Numbered from the stretch's first letter, positions 1-9,620 are shown. The stretch: DNA of 64,000 nt from SAR324 cluster bacterium (GCA_015231885.1 JADGAT010000012.1:5890-69889); one strand, 5' to 3'. The notes: generated from the sequence alone by a model not told the origin. Made by a program: numbers and translations.

Positions 1-362
1 TGGAAGGTTTTTTTACGTTTGAAGCGAAATACCTCAGTAATCACCAAGGACAAATACAGATTCCTGCCCTGTTAGAAGATCATCTTGTGCAGAAAATGCG
101 AGAAGCTGCTGTTTCTGCATTCGTTTTGTTGGAATGCGAAGGATTAGCCAGGATAGACTTTTTTTTAAAACCGGACGGTTCTTTTGTTATTCTTGAGATC
201 AACTCGTCTCCAGGCTTATCCAAACACCTCATGTATTCCAAATTGTGGGAATTTTCAAATGTATCTCATAACGAATTGCTGGACCGTTTGATTAAGTTGG
301 CAATGGATCGATATCAACAGGTGAAAAAGCTAAGAACGACTCCTGGAGATTTGACTTTTTAA
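1..362 (+). CDS. ddl: D-alanine--D-alanine ligase, C-terminal fragment (5' end lies outside the window)
   Basis: Frame 3 is open from nt 3. The translation EGFFTFEAKYL...GLARIDFFL...ILEINSSPGL matches the C-terminal ATP-grasp motifs of Ddl (E. coli DdlB GFFDYEAKYL / GRIDVML / LLEANTSPGM). Confidence 0.8.
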   Translation, partial: EGFFTFEAKYLSNHQGQIQIPALLEDHLVQKMREAAVSAFVLLECEGLARIDFFLKPDGSFVILEINSSPGLSKHLMYSKLWEFSNVSHNELLDRLIKLAMDRYQQVKKLRTTPGDLTF

Positions 363-436
363 GATGGTTCTCCAATTATAATTCCAAAAGAAAACCACCT
401 TTGGCGGGTTAAAGAGTTTTCAAGAAAAACTGTGGA

Positions 437-958
437 TTATGCTTTTTTAAGCTCCCCTTTCATATTTGACGCTACAAGTTTTCCTTCTTCAAATAAATGT
501 GCAAAATGTTCCCTGACTTTTTCGGGATTGAAGTCCAGAAACGTACCGCCTGAAGCAAAATGCTGGAGGAAAATTTTGCCAATTGCATAAGTGGACGCTC
601 CAGAGGCTAAAGGACTGGCTACCACTCCAACAACGGTTCCAAAAAATGGCAGCATCTTACTCGCGCTGACTCCTACTCGAGCAAGTCCGTTACTCCCTAA
701 TCCACCCACTAATGAGCCAATCGCTGATTTCCCCCAGTTTTTAGAAAATTCAATGCCGTATAATTTTGTCAATTGATCAAGCATGCGAAGTTGAACAGCA
801 GAGGTCCCCAATATGTCAACAATTGGGAATGGAATCAAGCCAACCCCCATGGACCATAAAACATTACTTTTGATGACCCCGTTTCCTTCTAATTCTTTGG
901 TTTTAAAATTGTCCGCAGTTTCTTCTACTGTACTTTCTTCTTCTTTTGCTTTTACCAT
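437..958 (-). CDS. Glycine-rich DUF697/EcsC-like domain protein (paralog 1 of 4 in the window)
   Basis: 173-aa ORF with an ATG start. Core NVLWSMGVGLIPFPIVDILGTSAVQLRMLDQLTKLYG...GGTFLDFNPEKV is shared with the ORFs at 1282-1773, 14912-15736 and 35115-35870. The family name is from memory and was not confirmed by HMM. Confidence 0.7.
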   Translation of the reverse strand: MVKAKEEESTVEETADNFKTKELEGNGVIKSNVLWSMGVGLIPFPIVDILGTSAVQLRMLDQLTKLYGIEFSKNWGKSAIGSLVGGLGSNGLARVGVSASKMLPFFGTVVGVVASPLASGASTYAIGKIFLQHFASGGTFLDFNPEKVREHFAHLFEEGKLVASNMKGELKKA

Positions 959-1281
959 ATTTTTTCCTTATGCAAATGTTAGAAATACTTCCTCTTTTGA
1001 AGAGTTCTGCTACTTTTTTTGAAGAAAATCAAGGAAAAAATCCTAACAATATCCTTTCAAGGGTTCATCAAACCTGGGATTTTAAAAAATTCAATTTCTC
1101 TCTGACTTGTTTTTTACCAAAATTCTATAAAATTATTGACGGGATCAATTCTCAAAATTACGCCAAGTCTGAAAAGAATGTTTGTAATTTTGTTCTAAAA
1201 CCACTATACAGAGGGAAATTTCCGGAGGGATAGGTTTTAGGAGCGATTTCTGAAACGATAATAATCAGAAAAGGATACTAA

Positions 1282-1773
1282 GTGGATGAAATAAAAGCCA
1301 ATCAAGTCCTGGAGTTAAATGCAGAGAAGATTATCAATAACAATGTACTATGGGCCATGGGACTGGGAATCATTCCTTTACCACTGATTAGTTTAGCGGG
1401 TACGAGTGTGGTGCAGTTAAGAATGATCTTTCAGCTTTCCGAGCTTTATGGAGTTGAATTCTCCGAAAATCGAGTAAAACTTATCATTGGGGCTTTGGCA
1501 GGTGGCCTGGGTACTGCTGTTTTGGCTCAATCCGCTATCAGCCTGCTCAAACCGATTCCATTTGTCAATTCTGTGGCGGTAATTGGTGGCATACCTCTGA
1601 TGATGGGGGCAACTACCTATGGGTTGGGTAAAGTATTCGACTTACATTTTTCATCGGGAGGGACACTCCTCGATTTTGATTTCAAAAAACTGAGAGCTTA
1701 CTTTGTGCAACAGATTGATGATGGGAAGAAAGTAGCAGCAACTTTGAAGAGAAAGTCAACTGCTTCAGGGTGA
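1282..1773 (+). CDS. Glycine-rich DUF697/EcsC-like domain protein (paralog 2), divergent from paralog 1
   Basis: 163 aa. GTG start at 1282 with an AAAAGGA SD about 8 nt upstream. Core NVLWAMGLGIIPLPLISLAGTSVVQLRMIFQLSELYG...GGTLLDFDFKKL. Confidence 0.7.
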   Translation: MDEIKANQVLELNAEKIINNNVLWAMGLGIIPLPLISLAGTSVVQLRMIFQLSELYGVEFSENRVKLIIGALAGGLGTAVLAQSAISLLKPIPFVNSVAVIGGIPLMMGATTYGLGKVFDLHFSSGGTLLDFDFKKLRAYFVQQIDDGKKVAATLKRKSTASG

Positions 1774-1811
1774 AATCAGAAACTCTTGTTAAAATTTGGA
1801 TAAGGAGTCAT

Positions 1812-2948
1812 ATGTGGAATAATCGTTTTAAAAAATTACTAATGTGTGCTGTCACAACATGTTTCTTAATTCCCTCTCTTTCTGCAACTGAGTGGAAATT
1901 CCAGGACTACCCAGGAACCGTAGATATCAAAAATCGTTTTCTTATGGATTTTGATTACACAAAATCCCAACCCAACAATGAGGCTCCGGGAAAAGAAGTT
2001 TCTGTGTCCCGTGAAACGTTTGTGACTACAGGTGCATTGGAATCTGTTATTACTGCGACAAGAGAAATTAAGGACGGTTGGCAGGCAACAGGAGATTTAG
2101 AAATTGATTTTACTACTGAGGATTCGTTTTCTTTCACCAAAGCTTATGTGGAATTGGGCAAGGGGACATTCTATGGAAGGTTGGGAAAAGAAAATTTGGC
2201 AGATGCCTACATTTTTGGAGAGGATACATTGCTGGTGCATGCTTTTTATGGTCCGGGGGGGTATGGCGCTTCTGATGTTTCCAGTTATGGTGCTGCACTT
2301 GGTTATAAATCCAATGAAACCCACTTCCAGTTCTGGATCCCTTATTCAAATGCGAATGGCAGTAACATTCTTGGTGCCCGCCCTTTTATAGAAACAAAAT
2401 TTGGAGTAATTAATTTTGTGGGAGCAATCGAATCCCAGACCAAGCGCACCCAACAAGAGAAAAAAACTAAAACAGCAGGGCAGACTATTGAAGAATCAAT
2501 TACCGTCAATAAAATTAATGGATTTGGATTCAGCGTTTATGCTGAGCCTCAACTGGCTCCAAATGGGAGTATGATTGGAATTGCCTATGCAGCGAAAGAT
2601 GAAACCACAGAAACACAAACCAGCAAACTAACGGATCTTCATTCTGTGACTTATGGGTTGTTTGGGACTTTTTTCCTCAGTGGAGAAAGATGGTTCGGGC
2701 TTGGATACCATTATGCAACGGAAGATTTAGAATCAGGTTCTACCCATAGTTCTGCAACGACGAAGACGGAACAATTTGGAGGAAAATGGTTTATGGCTTT
2801 CCACCAGACTATAGGAAGAGGCACTGCCGTCAAATTTGCTGTCTCCGGAACTTCAACAAAAGTTGAACCTGAAACGGTCACGGACGCTAATCCTGAAAGA
2901 ACTACCGAAATCATAGGATCGCGTATGAAGTGGATTTACAGATTTTAA
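1812..2948 (+). CDS. Secreted outer-membrane beta-barrel protein (putative porin-like OMP)
   Basis: ATG at 1812 is preceded by TAAGGAG. The ORF-track GTG at 1770 overlaps the upstream stop and is less likely. Signal peptide MWNNRFKKLLMCAVTTCFLIPSLSA. Alternating amphipathic composition. C-terminal ...KWIYRF ends in the terminal aromatic residue typical of OMP barrels. Confidence 0.6.
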   Translation: MWNNRFKKLLMCAVTTCFLIPSLSATEWKFQDYPGTVDIKNRFLMDFDYTKSQPNNEAPGKEVSVSRETFVTTGALESVITATREIKDGWQATGDLEIDFTTEDSFSFTKAYVELGKGTFYGRLGKENLADAYIFGEDTLLVHAFYGPGGYGASDVSSYGAALGYKSNETHFQFWIPYSNANGSNILGARPFIETKFGVINFVGAIESQTKRTQQEKKTKTAGQTIEESITVNKINGFGFSVYAEPQLAPNGSMIGIAYAAKDETTETQTSKLTDLHSVTYGLFGTFFLSGERWFGLGYHYATEDLESGSTHSSATTKTEQFGGKWFMAFHQTIGRGTAVKFAVSGTSTKVEPETVTDANPERTTEIIGSRMKWIYRF

Positions 2949-2957
2949 GAAAATTAA

Positions 2958-3734
2958 TTATCTTAGGGCAAAGAGCAGTTGGGTTAATTCTTGATGAAAC
3001 ATTTTCAGGAAGACTTCTTTTGAATCCTGAATAAAAAAGTGGCCTCCTTCTAACAGATGCAATTGAAAAGCAGCATAGGTGTGAATACCCCAGTCTTCGA
3101 GTTCCTCTGGAAGTGTACGATGATCTTTTAATCCCCCATAAGTGGTAATAGGACATTGGAGAGGAGGTTCCGGGGAATATTCATAATTCTCACAAAGCTG
3201 GAGATCTCTTTGCAGAGTAGGATACATCAATTCCATCATTTCGTGGTTGTTCAAGATTTCATCAGGAGTTCCCTGAAGTTGACGAAGGGTATCCAGGAAC
3301 TTCTCCGAAGGCAATTTGTGAAGAGGTGGAAAACGAGAGATCAACTGAGGTGCCCGGTGAGCAGAATTGAATAAATGTGATGGGCCAGGGCGCTGGTTTC
3401 GACGCAGATAGCGTGCCAATTCAAAGCTGACCAAAGCTCCCATACTGTGACCATAAAAGGCATAGGGACGATCCAGGTATCCTGAAAGCACTTCTCCTAA
3501 ATCATGAATGAGAAGATTGATGTCAGTATAGGTTGTTTCCTTGAAGCGATTTTCCCTGCCAGGAAGTAAAATCAGACAGACTTCGATGTCAGTCGGTAAA
3601 TGTTGAATCCATTGAGAAAACGAAGCAATTCCTCCTCCCGCGTGAGGGAAACAGAACAATCGTAATTTGGCGTGGGAAACAGGCTTGGGGATGACGATCC
3701 ACTGCTCGGGCTGTAGCATATGAGCATATTTCAT
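2958..3734 (-). CDS. Type II thioesterase (editing or release thioesterase for PKS/NRPS)
   Basis: 258 aa. FCFPHAGGG...YAFYGHSMGALVSFELA (GxSxG nucleophile elbow) is the classic TEII / GrsT-like signature. Confidence 0.85.
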   Translation of the reverse strand: MKYAHMLQPEQWIVIPKPVSHAKLRLFCFPHAGGGIASFSQWIQHLPTDIEVCLILLPGRENRFKETTYTDINLLIHDLGEVLSGYLDRPYAFYGHSMGALVSFELARYLRRNQRPGPSHLFNSAHRAPQLISRFPPLHKLPSEKFLDTLRQLQGTPDEILNNHEMMELMYPTLQRDLQLCENYEYSPEPPLQCPITTYGGLKDHRTLPEELEDWGIHTYAAFQLHLLEGGHFFIQDSKEVFLKMFHQELTQLLFALR

Positions 3735-3951
3735 GGTTTAGAAAGTTTTAGATTGAAAAAAATCATGGAAAACTAAGAAGAAATTATTGAATAAGCAAAG
3801 TCTATAAAGATACGATACGATGAATTTTAAAGTGCAGGAAGGAATGATATTTTATCAGAAAAAACTCTGGAATCATTTAAACTATAATTTTTCTCCTTGC
3901 AAGTTGATTTATGAGAACGGTGAAAACTCCATCATTATAAGCAGGTAAGAT

Positions 3952-4167
3952 ATGGCAGGAGTAGTGATAGTAGCTATTATAGGATACCTGGTGCTGTGTG
4001 CTATAGTCGCATGGATCGGACGCGGCTCCCGTATGGGATTTTGGGGAGTTTTTATATGTGCTTTAATCGTGACTCCGTTTATAAGTTTTATTTTTGTTAT
4101 TTTACTCGGCGCCAAAAACACGTCTCGAAAATATGAAATCCAGCCGAAGAGTTCTAAAAAACCATAA
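3952..4167 (+). CDS. Small two-TM membrane protein (hypothetical)
   Basis: 71-aa ORF with two hydrophobic helices (VVIVAIIGYLVLCAIVAWIG; VFICALIVTPFISFIFVILLG). Weak RBS. Low confidence that it is expressed. Confidence 0.3.
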   Translation: MAGVVIVAIIGYLVLCAIVAWIGRGSRMGFWGVFICALIVTPFISFIFVILLGAKNTSRKYEIQPKSSKKP

Positions 4168-4271
4168 GCAGGAAATTGGCCTTCAATTGAGGCCACGTTA
4201 ACTTGGAAACAAATGAGGTAAAGAGCATACAGGCTTCAGCATAATCATCCTAGGTATAAAAAGAGGAGAGT

Positions 4272-5606
4272 ATGAATACTAGATCCAGATTGAAAAAAGA
4301 AGAGTTAAAGCTTTATGGAAGATTAGGTGTTTTAATAATAGTGGCTCTTTTCTTCATAGGATGCAATCATCTTGACGAGGTCGAAAGAGAAAACCCGACA
4401 CCACACAAAGAGTCCTTTCCCGGCACTCCACTGGATGAGGAAACTGTCAGTACGATTCAATCTGTTCTTGATCGGGCAACAACTGAACCTTTTTTGGAAA
4501 ATGCTCCGGTTTCTTCTGATAATCTATTGATGCCTCCCATTCCGGGAGTCGTTGTTGGAATTAAAATTCCTGATAAACAGGCATGGTTTGGTGCGAGTGG
4601 TTATTCTAATTTGGAATCTAAGATCCCAATGGAAGTAGATGATAAATTTAAAATTGCCAGCGTCACCAAATCAATTGTTGCGACAGCAATTTTGAAGCTC
4701 TCGGAAGAAACAGAAGCCCTCTCAATAGATGATACTGTCGAAGAATGGTTGCCGGGGATTGTTCCAAACGGGGGAAATATCACGCTTAGAAACCTGATGA
4801 TGCATTCGAGCTGCCTCAACAATTATACAAGTCTGGATGGTTTCAATGTGGGAATGCAACAAAATCCTGGCCAGCGCTGGGCGCATGAAGTATTTTTGGC
4901 AATGACTTTCAACGCCGGTCCGGTTTGTGGGAATATCGGAGAGAATTTTAATTATTCCAATACCAATTATTTTTTGCTGGGAATGATCCTGGAAAAAGTA
5001 AAAAAGACAACGCTCAACGAAGTATTGAAAGAGTATTTCTTTGGACCCCTGGAACTCCGGAATACCTATTTTCAAACAGCAGGAGATAATCTTTCTGGAG
5101 ACTACGCAAGTGGGTATTTTGATTTGGATCAGAACTTTGTACTCGATGAAGTTCCCTATGTCGACCCTTCAGCGCTTTGGGCCGCCGGAGCAACTGTTTC
5201 AGATGCAAAGGATCTACTCACATGGGTGAATGCTGCTTTCAAAACTGATGGGGTCCTCCTGAGCTCTGCCTTGCAGGAAGAACGAATTTCAACAGGATAC
5301 GAAGGACCTCTCAATGCTGGCGGCGCGGTTCTCAGTGATGCAGGGCTTAAAATTGGCATGGGGCTTATCCAAAGAGGCGAGATGCTGGGACATGTGGGTG
5401 AAATCTTTGGATATTCTGTATATGGAGGAGTATATGTTGAAAAGCAGATCAGTATTGTTGTTTTAACCAATAAAACACGTTATGTGAAAGAACAAAATAA
5501 AGAAATGGATGTCTTTACCATCATTGATAGTATATTTTTGAAATTGTATCCTGATGATTATACGATTGCACCGATAGCCCAGTACAGTAATACAAATGCT
5601 CATTAA
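4272..5606 (+). CDS. Beta-lactamase-fold serine hydrolase lipoprotein (class C beta-lactamase / D-peptidase / esterase family, S12-like)
   Basis: AGAGGAGAG SD. Lipobox LFFIGC after a basic N-terminus. SxxK motif (ASVTKS). YxN motif (YSNTNYF). 444 aa. Confidence 0.8.
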   Translation: MNTRSRLKKEELKLYGRLGVLIIVALFFIGCNHLDEVERENPTPHKESFPGTPLDEETVSTIQSVLDRATTEPFLENAPVSSDNLLMPPIPGVVVGIKIPDKQAWFGASGYSNLESKIPMEVDDKFKIASVTKSIVATAILKLSEETEALSIDDTVEEWLPGIVPNGGNITLRNLMMHSSCLNNYTSLDGFNVGMQQNPGQRWAHEVFLAMTFNAGPVCGNIGENFNYSNTNYFLLGMILEKVKKTTLNEVLKEYFFGPLELRNTYFQTAGDNLSGDYASGYFDLDQNFVLDEVPYVDPSALWAAGATVSDAKDLLTWVNAAFKTDGVLLSSALQEERISTGYEGPLNAGGAVLSDAGLKIGMGLIQRGEMLGHVGEIFGYSVYGGVYVEKQISIVVLTNKTRYVKEQNKEMDVFTIIDSIFLKLYPDDYTIAPIAQYSNTNAH

Positions 5607-5649
5607 GCAAAAAGCAGCACCTGCATTTATCCTCTGTTTTCTAACCCCC

Positions 5650-5670
5650 GGGAAGTCGCTGAGACTTCCC
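5650..5670 (+). terminator. Perfect 8-bp stem-loop (GGGAAGTC-gctga-GACTTCCC) 44 nt downstream of the 4272-5606 stop
   Basis: The inverted repeat was read directly. There is no strong U-tract after it (tgacccctt), so it may be a terminator or an RNA-stability hairpin. Confidence 0.4.
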
Positions 5671-5770
5671 TGACCCCTTGCGTATAATTTCTCCCAAAGC
5701 CGCCATTCGTGTAACCGAAGTAGTTGAGCATCTCTATAAATCTTGCCTCCAAAAAAAGTATTGAACAGCA

Positions 5771-8635
5771 ATGAATAACGCTTTCGTCAAATTATTCAAT
5801 TTGGAAAAAGGCGAAGGAAAGCTGATCACATTAATGATCCTCTATTCTGCTGCTGTTGGAGTGCCTAGAATTTTCACAATTACGACCGCTCAGGCATATT
5901 TCTTAGAAAAGTTTGATGCTCAATCCCTACCTTACGTCTATCTCTTTGCCGCATTTATTAATATTTTCGTAGGAACTCTCTACCTGAAATTGGAACAAAA
6001 ATTGACCTTTAGCAAATTACTGGTCAGCATTTCCGTAACCCTGATTGTGGTAGAAGGCTGTTTGAATGTCCTGGTGAGAAGTGTAGACGGCCGTTGGCCT
6101 GCATTAGTCCTTGCGATCTGGAATGAGGCGGAATTCATTTTGTTGGTGATGATCTTTTGGGCGCTCGCTGGCAGGGTCTTTGATATTCGTCAAGGAAAGA
6201 GGCTCTTTGCCTTGATTGCTACTGGAGAAACCTTAACCGGAATTGTAGGAGGATTGACCATTCCGTCGATAGTCCAACAGATTGGAACAATCAATTTGCT
6301 GTTTGTCTCCATGGGAGGACTGGCAACATCTCTGTTCATCTTCTTTTTTCTGAAAAAATCTTTTCCTGAAAAGCTGGAAAAGCCTCAGTCTGCGGAAAAT
6401 AAATTCAGTACTGAAGAAAACTCTAAATTGTCCCTTAAGCAAGTATTGAATGACCGATACATGCTCATGATCTTCACTCTGGCATCGTGTGTGGTCTTGG
6501 TCGATTATATTGTAGCCAATGCCTTTTTTGATCGAGTGACACTTCAATATCCTGACAAGGATGCTCTTGCCAGTTTTATGGGGGTATTTTTCGCCGTTAA
6601 TTCTTTTCTTGGGTTGCTAGTTGGGATCTTTCTTTCAGGAAGGCTCCTAAGCAAATTCGGAATCTTATTAGGATTGCTGTCAATTCCAGTGACTGTAGGA
6701 CTTCATGCCCTCCCGGTTTCCGTCTTAGGGACCGTTGCAGAGCCGGGTATAGTTATTTTTTGGCTGATGGTCTCGGGAAGAATCTTTTTCAGAACATGTT
6801 ATTATTCGTTAAACAAACCAACTGTCAGTCTTCTTTATCAACCTTTCTCTGCAAATCAAAGAGGTCGTGTTCAGGGAATTGCCGATAGTGTTGTCAATCC
6901 GGTTGCAACAGGAGTGGCTGGACTCCTTTTGTTATTCCTCAATAAAGTTCTGAACTTCAATGCTGTCCAGCTTTGCATGGTATTGGTAGTGATTTCCGTG
7001 TTTTGGGGAATAACCGCATTTTTAACTCGTCAAGAATATACGAAACGCCTGGCGAAAGCACTGGCACGACGAGCATTAAATATGGAAAGCCTTACGTTTC
7101 ATGACAGCTCAAGCCTTGCAATCGTTGAAAACGCCCTGAAAAGCAGCAATGCTCACGAAGTGATTTATGCTATCGGAATGTTGGAAGAAGAACATCCAGA
7201 CAGTCTTGACCAATATTTTGAAGATCTATTGAATCACACGGAGCCTCAGGTTCGCCAGGAGACCTTAAATTGTATCGAACGCCTTCATCGTGAATCTTTG
7301 TTGAACTTGGTTTATCATCAACTCGATCAAGAAGACAATTCTTCGGTTAAAGCATCGGCAATTCGGACACTGGCTGCCTTAGAAGATGAAAATGTTTTAG
7401 ATGCGATTCGTCCTTATTTGGACAATAGGGATCAGGATGTTCAAGCGGGTGCCATTGTCGGTCTTTTAAGACATGGAGGGATTTCCGGCGTTCTGACAGC
7501 GGGTGCCAAGTTAATCAAATCAGCAGAATCAAGCCTATCTCATGAGAAAAGGTTTGCAGCTCGAGTCCTGGGAGAAGTGGGTATCAAAGATTTCTATCAA
7601 CCTTTGATTAATCTTCTGGACGATCCGGAATTGACTGTACGAAAAGAGGCTGTATTAGCAGCGGGAAAAATAGGGAATCCCCGATTGTGGCCGAAAATCA
7701 TCAAATTGCTAGGAGTTCAAGAGTTGCGTGGAGCGGCCATGCAGGCCCTGGTGAATGGAGGTGAAAGCAGCATCGGGTCATTAGAAGCGGTTTTCAATGA
7801 AAGAGATCAAAGCCAGGAGGTTCAGATCTGTATTGTGCAGGTAATGGGAAAATTGAAAGGAGAAAAGGCTCTCCGTTTTTTGAGGAAAAATATTGAATTT
7901 CCGAATGAAGACGTGCGCCACCCATTGCTAACTGCATTGAAGAATTGCCAATATCGATGTCCACCTGAGGAAGTGGGTTTTTTAAAAAAGATGATTTTCT
8001 CAGAAGTGGAAGACGCGGCATGGGCTATTGCCGCTATAAATGACCTTGCTTCCAATGATTTTAAGGATCTAGTCAGCAATGCTCTGCGGCAAGAAATTGA
8101 AAAAAACCGCGAGAGAATTTTCCTCCTGCTTTCTTTTCTATATGATGCCCAAACCATCTTGCAGGCATGGCAGCATATTAAAAACGGAACCAGGGAAAAA
8201 AGAACTTATGCCCTTGAACTGATTGATAACCTGATTCCTCAAGATCTCAAACAGGTGCTTTTTCCTTTGCTTGAAGAAATTACGATAGAAGAGAGTTATA
8301 TTCGGCTAAGCACAAAATTTCCTCAGGAATTGTTGGGCTCAGTTGGACGTTTAAAAGAAATCATTGAACGCTCTGAACAATGGACGACAAGCTGGGCTAA
8401 AAATTGCGCTCTCTATTTGATGGGAAAATCAGCGGCTCTTGAATTTTATGACAGTATTTTAACTATTTTAAACAATCCTTCGCACTCACCTCTCCTTCTG
8501 GAAACTGCGGTTTGGGCATTTGGACAACTGAACCCGGATGACCTGATTGAAACCTTAACACCATTGTTAAACCATGATACTCAACAAGTGAGAGAAATAG
8601 TCCAGATCACCATTGATCAGTACGAGAAAATTTAG
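5771..8635 (+). CDS. Membrane transporter domain (TLC/MFS-like, ~12 TM) fused to a C-terminal HEAT-repeat (PBS-lyase-type) domain
   Basis: 954 aa. The N-terminal ~430 aa is polytopic and hydrophobic, with a TLC-like start FNLEKGEGKLITLMILYSAAV. The C-terminal half has repeated HEAT units (DNRDQDVQAGAIVGLLRHGG, DDPELTVRKEAVLAAGKIGNP, EDVRHPLLTAL). Confidence 0.7.
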   Translation: MNNAFVKLFNLEKGEGKLITLMILYSAAVGVPRIFTITTAQAYFLEKFDAQSLPYVYLFAAFINIFVGTLYLKLEQKLTFSKLLVSISVTLIVVEGCLNVLVRSVDGRWPALVLAIWNEAEFILLVMIFWALAGRVFDIRQGKRLFALIATGETLTGIVGGLTIPSIVQQIGTINLLFVSMGGLATSLFIFFFLKKSFPEKLEKPQSAENKFSTEENSKLSLKQVLNDRYMLMIFTLASCVVLVDYIVANAFFDRVTLQYPDKDALASFMGVFFAVNSFLGLLVGIFLSGRLLSKFGILLGLLSIPVTVGLHALPVSVLGTVAEPGIVIFWLMVSGRIFFRTCYYSLNKPTVSLLYQPFSANQRGRVQGIADSVVNPVATGVAGLLLLFLNKVLNFNAVQLCMVLVVISVFWGITAFLTRQEYTKRLAKALARRALNMESLTFHDSSSLAIVENALKSSNAHEVIYAIGMLEEEHPDSLDQYFEDLLNHTEPQVRQETLNCIERLHRESLLNLVYHQLDQEDNSSVKASAIRTLAALEDENVLDAIRPYLDNRDQDVQAGAIVGLLRHGGISGVLTAGAKLIKSAESSLSHEKRFAARVLGEVGIKDFYQPLINLLDDPELTVRKEAVLAAGKIGNPRLWPKIIKLLGVQELRGAAMQALVNGGESSIGSLEAVFNERDQSQEVQICIVQVMGKLKGEKALRFLRKNIEFPNEDVRHPLLTALKNCQYRCPPEEVGFLKKMIFSEVEDAAWAIAAINDLASNDFKDLVSNALRQEIEKNRERIFLLLSFLYDAQTILQAWQHIKNGTREKRTYALELIDNLIPQDLKQVLFPLLEEITIEESYIRLSTKFPQELLGSVGRLKEIIERSEQWTTSWAKNCALYLMGKSAALEFYDSILTILNNPSHSPLLLETAVWAFGQLNPDDLIETLTPLLNHDTQQVREIVQITIDQYEKI

Positions 8636-9200
8636 TCAATTTCATTCAATTTGAGAATTCCGCATCTATCTTTTGACCAGGAGTTCATCATATTTGATTT
8701 GATGAATAAGCGGCATTGGTTTATCCTGACTCATTCCATCTATGAAGATCCGACCGGGAGGCTCGTGCCCTTCAGGTTTTCATAATAGGGATAAATCGTA
8801 GTTTATAGGGTCGCGCGGCAATCTGAATTTTGATAGTCAAGCCGTTGTGCAGGTGATTAGCTCTTCCGGCTGCGCTCTTACTGAAAAAAGTGAAAAATGG
8901 ACTTCATAATAACCTGTCGATCAAATGGTCGAACACAAAATTTTGTAATGCCCGAGTGGCAGGGTTTCTGATCGAGATTAGCCTGTTCAAGAAGTCTTCC
9001 AGTAGCAATAAATCGCTGTCAAAAAAGAAGCCAAATCATTTGACTATTTTCTGTCGAAGAAGCAGGAACTAATTTGAAAAAAATGCATCCCGCAAAGAAA
9101 AAATTTCAGACGACCAGCCTGATTTTTCTGAAAGAACTTGCCATGCCTTGAAGGCTCAGCAAAACTCTACTGCAAATGAGATTCTTCCAAAAAAAGATTT

Positions 9201-9620
9201 ATGCGACTAACCATTGAAAAAGTCTTATTTTTAAATTCCGTGGAAATGCTGGCCGATATTCCCCCGGAAATTCTTGCGGAACTTGCTTCGATTTTAACAG
9301 AGGTCTCGGTATCCGCTGAAGACGTGGTGGTGAAAGAAGGTGATATTGGAACTTCAATGTATATTATTATTGATGGATCAGCGAGGGTGGAAGTGAAGGG
9401 GAAAACTGTGGCAACTTTGAAAAGTGGACAAATCTTTGGAGAATTGGCAGCTCTTTCTCCAGAACCTCGAACCGCAACGATCACTGCTTTGGAAGATACC
9501 CAAATGTTTCGCCTGGATCAGGAAGCCTTGCATGAATTCATGAGGCAGTATATAGAAGTTGCAATTGGGATTATCAATTCTTTGTGCGGTCTTTTACAGA
9601 AGCAAATAACCTCCAAATAG
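9201..9620 (+). CDS. Stand-alone cyclic-nucleotide-binding (cNMP) domain protein
   Basis: 139 aa. GDIGTSMYIIIDGSARVEV...GQIFGELAAL...RTATITA matches the CAP-family cNMP-binding beta-roll motifs (FGELAL, RTA). Confidence 0.7.
   Translation: MRLTIEKVLFLNSVEMLADIPPEILAELASILTEVSVSAEDVVVKEGDIGTSMYIIIDGSARVEVKGKTVATLKSGQIFGELAALSPEPRTATITALEDTQMFRLDQEALHEFMRQYIEVAIGIINSLCGLLQKQITSK

Noticed and set aside
591-1233. Plus-strand ORFs 591-776, 813-1022 and 946-1233 overlapping or flanking paralog 1
   Set aside because: The first two are antisense to a well-supported gene. The third lies in the divergent promoter region and has a Phe/Leu-rich nonsense translation.
1770-1811. GTG start at 1770 for the OMP gene, as in the ORF track
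   Set aside because: The ATG at 1812 has a strong TAAGGAG SD and begins a canonical signal peptide. The GTG extension adds 14 non-signal residues and overlaps the upstream stop.
4272-5606. Considered calling the beta-lactamase-fold protein the SurE-type offloading cyclase for the E-terminated NRPS
   Set aside because: A lipoprotein signal (LFFIGC) predicts export. An intracellular PCP-offloading role is therefore unlikely, so the call was kept as a hypothesis of extracytoplasmic peptidase or resistance only.
8890-9072. 60-aa ORF in the long intergenic region
   Set aside because: It has no RBS. Its composition is Lys/Ser-rich and low-complexity. It is probably non-coding.
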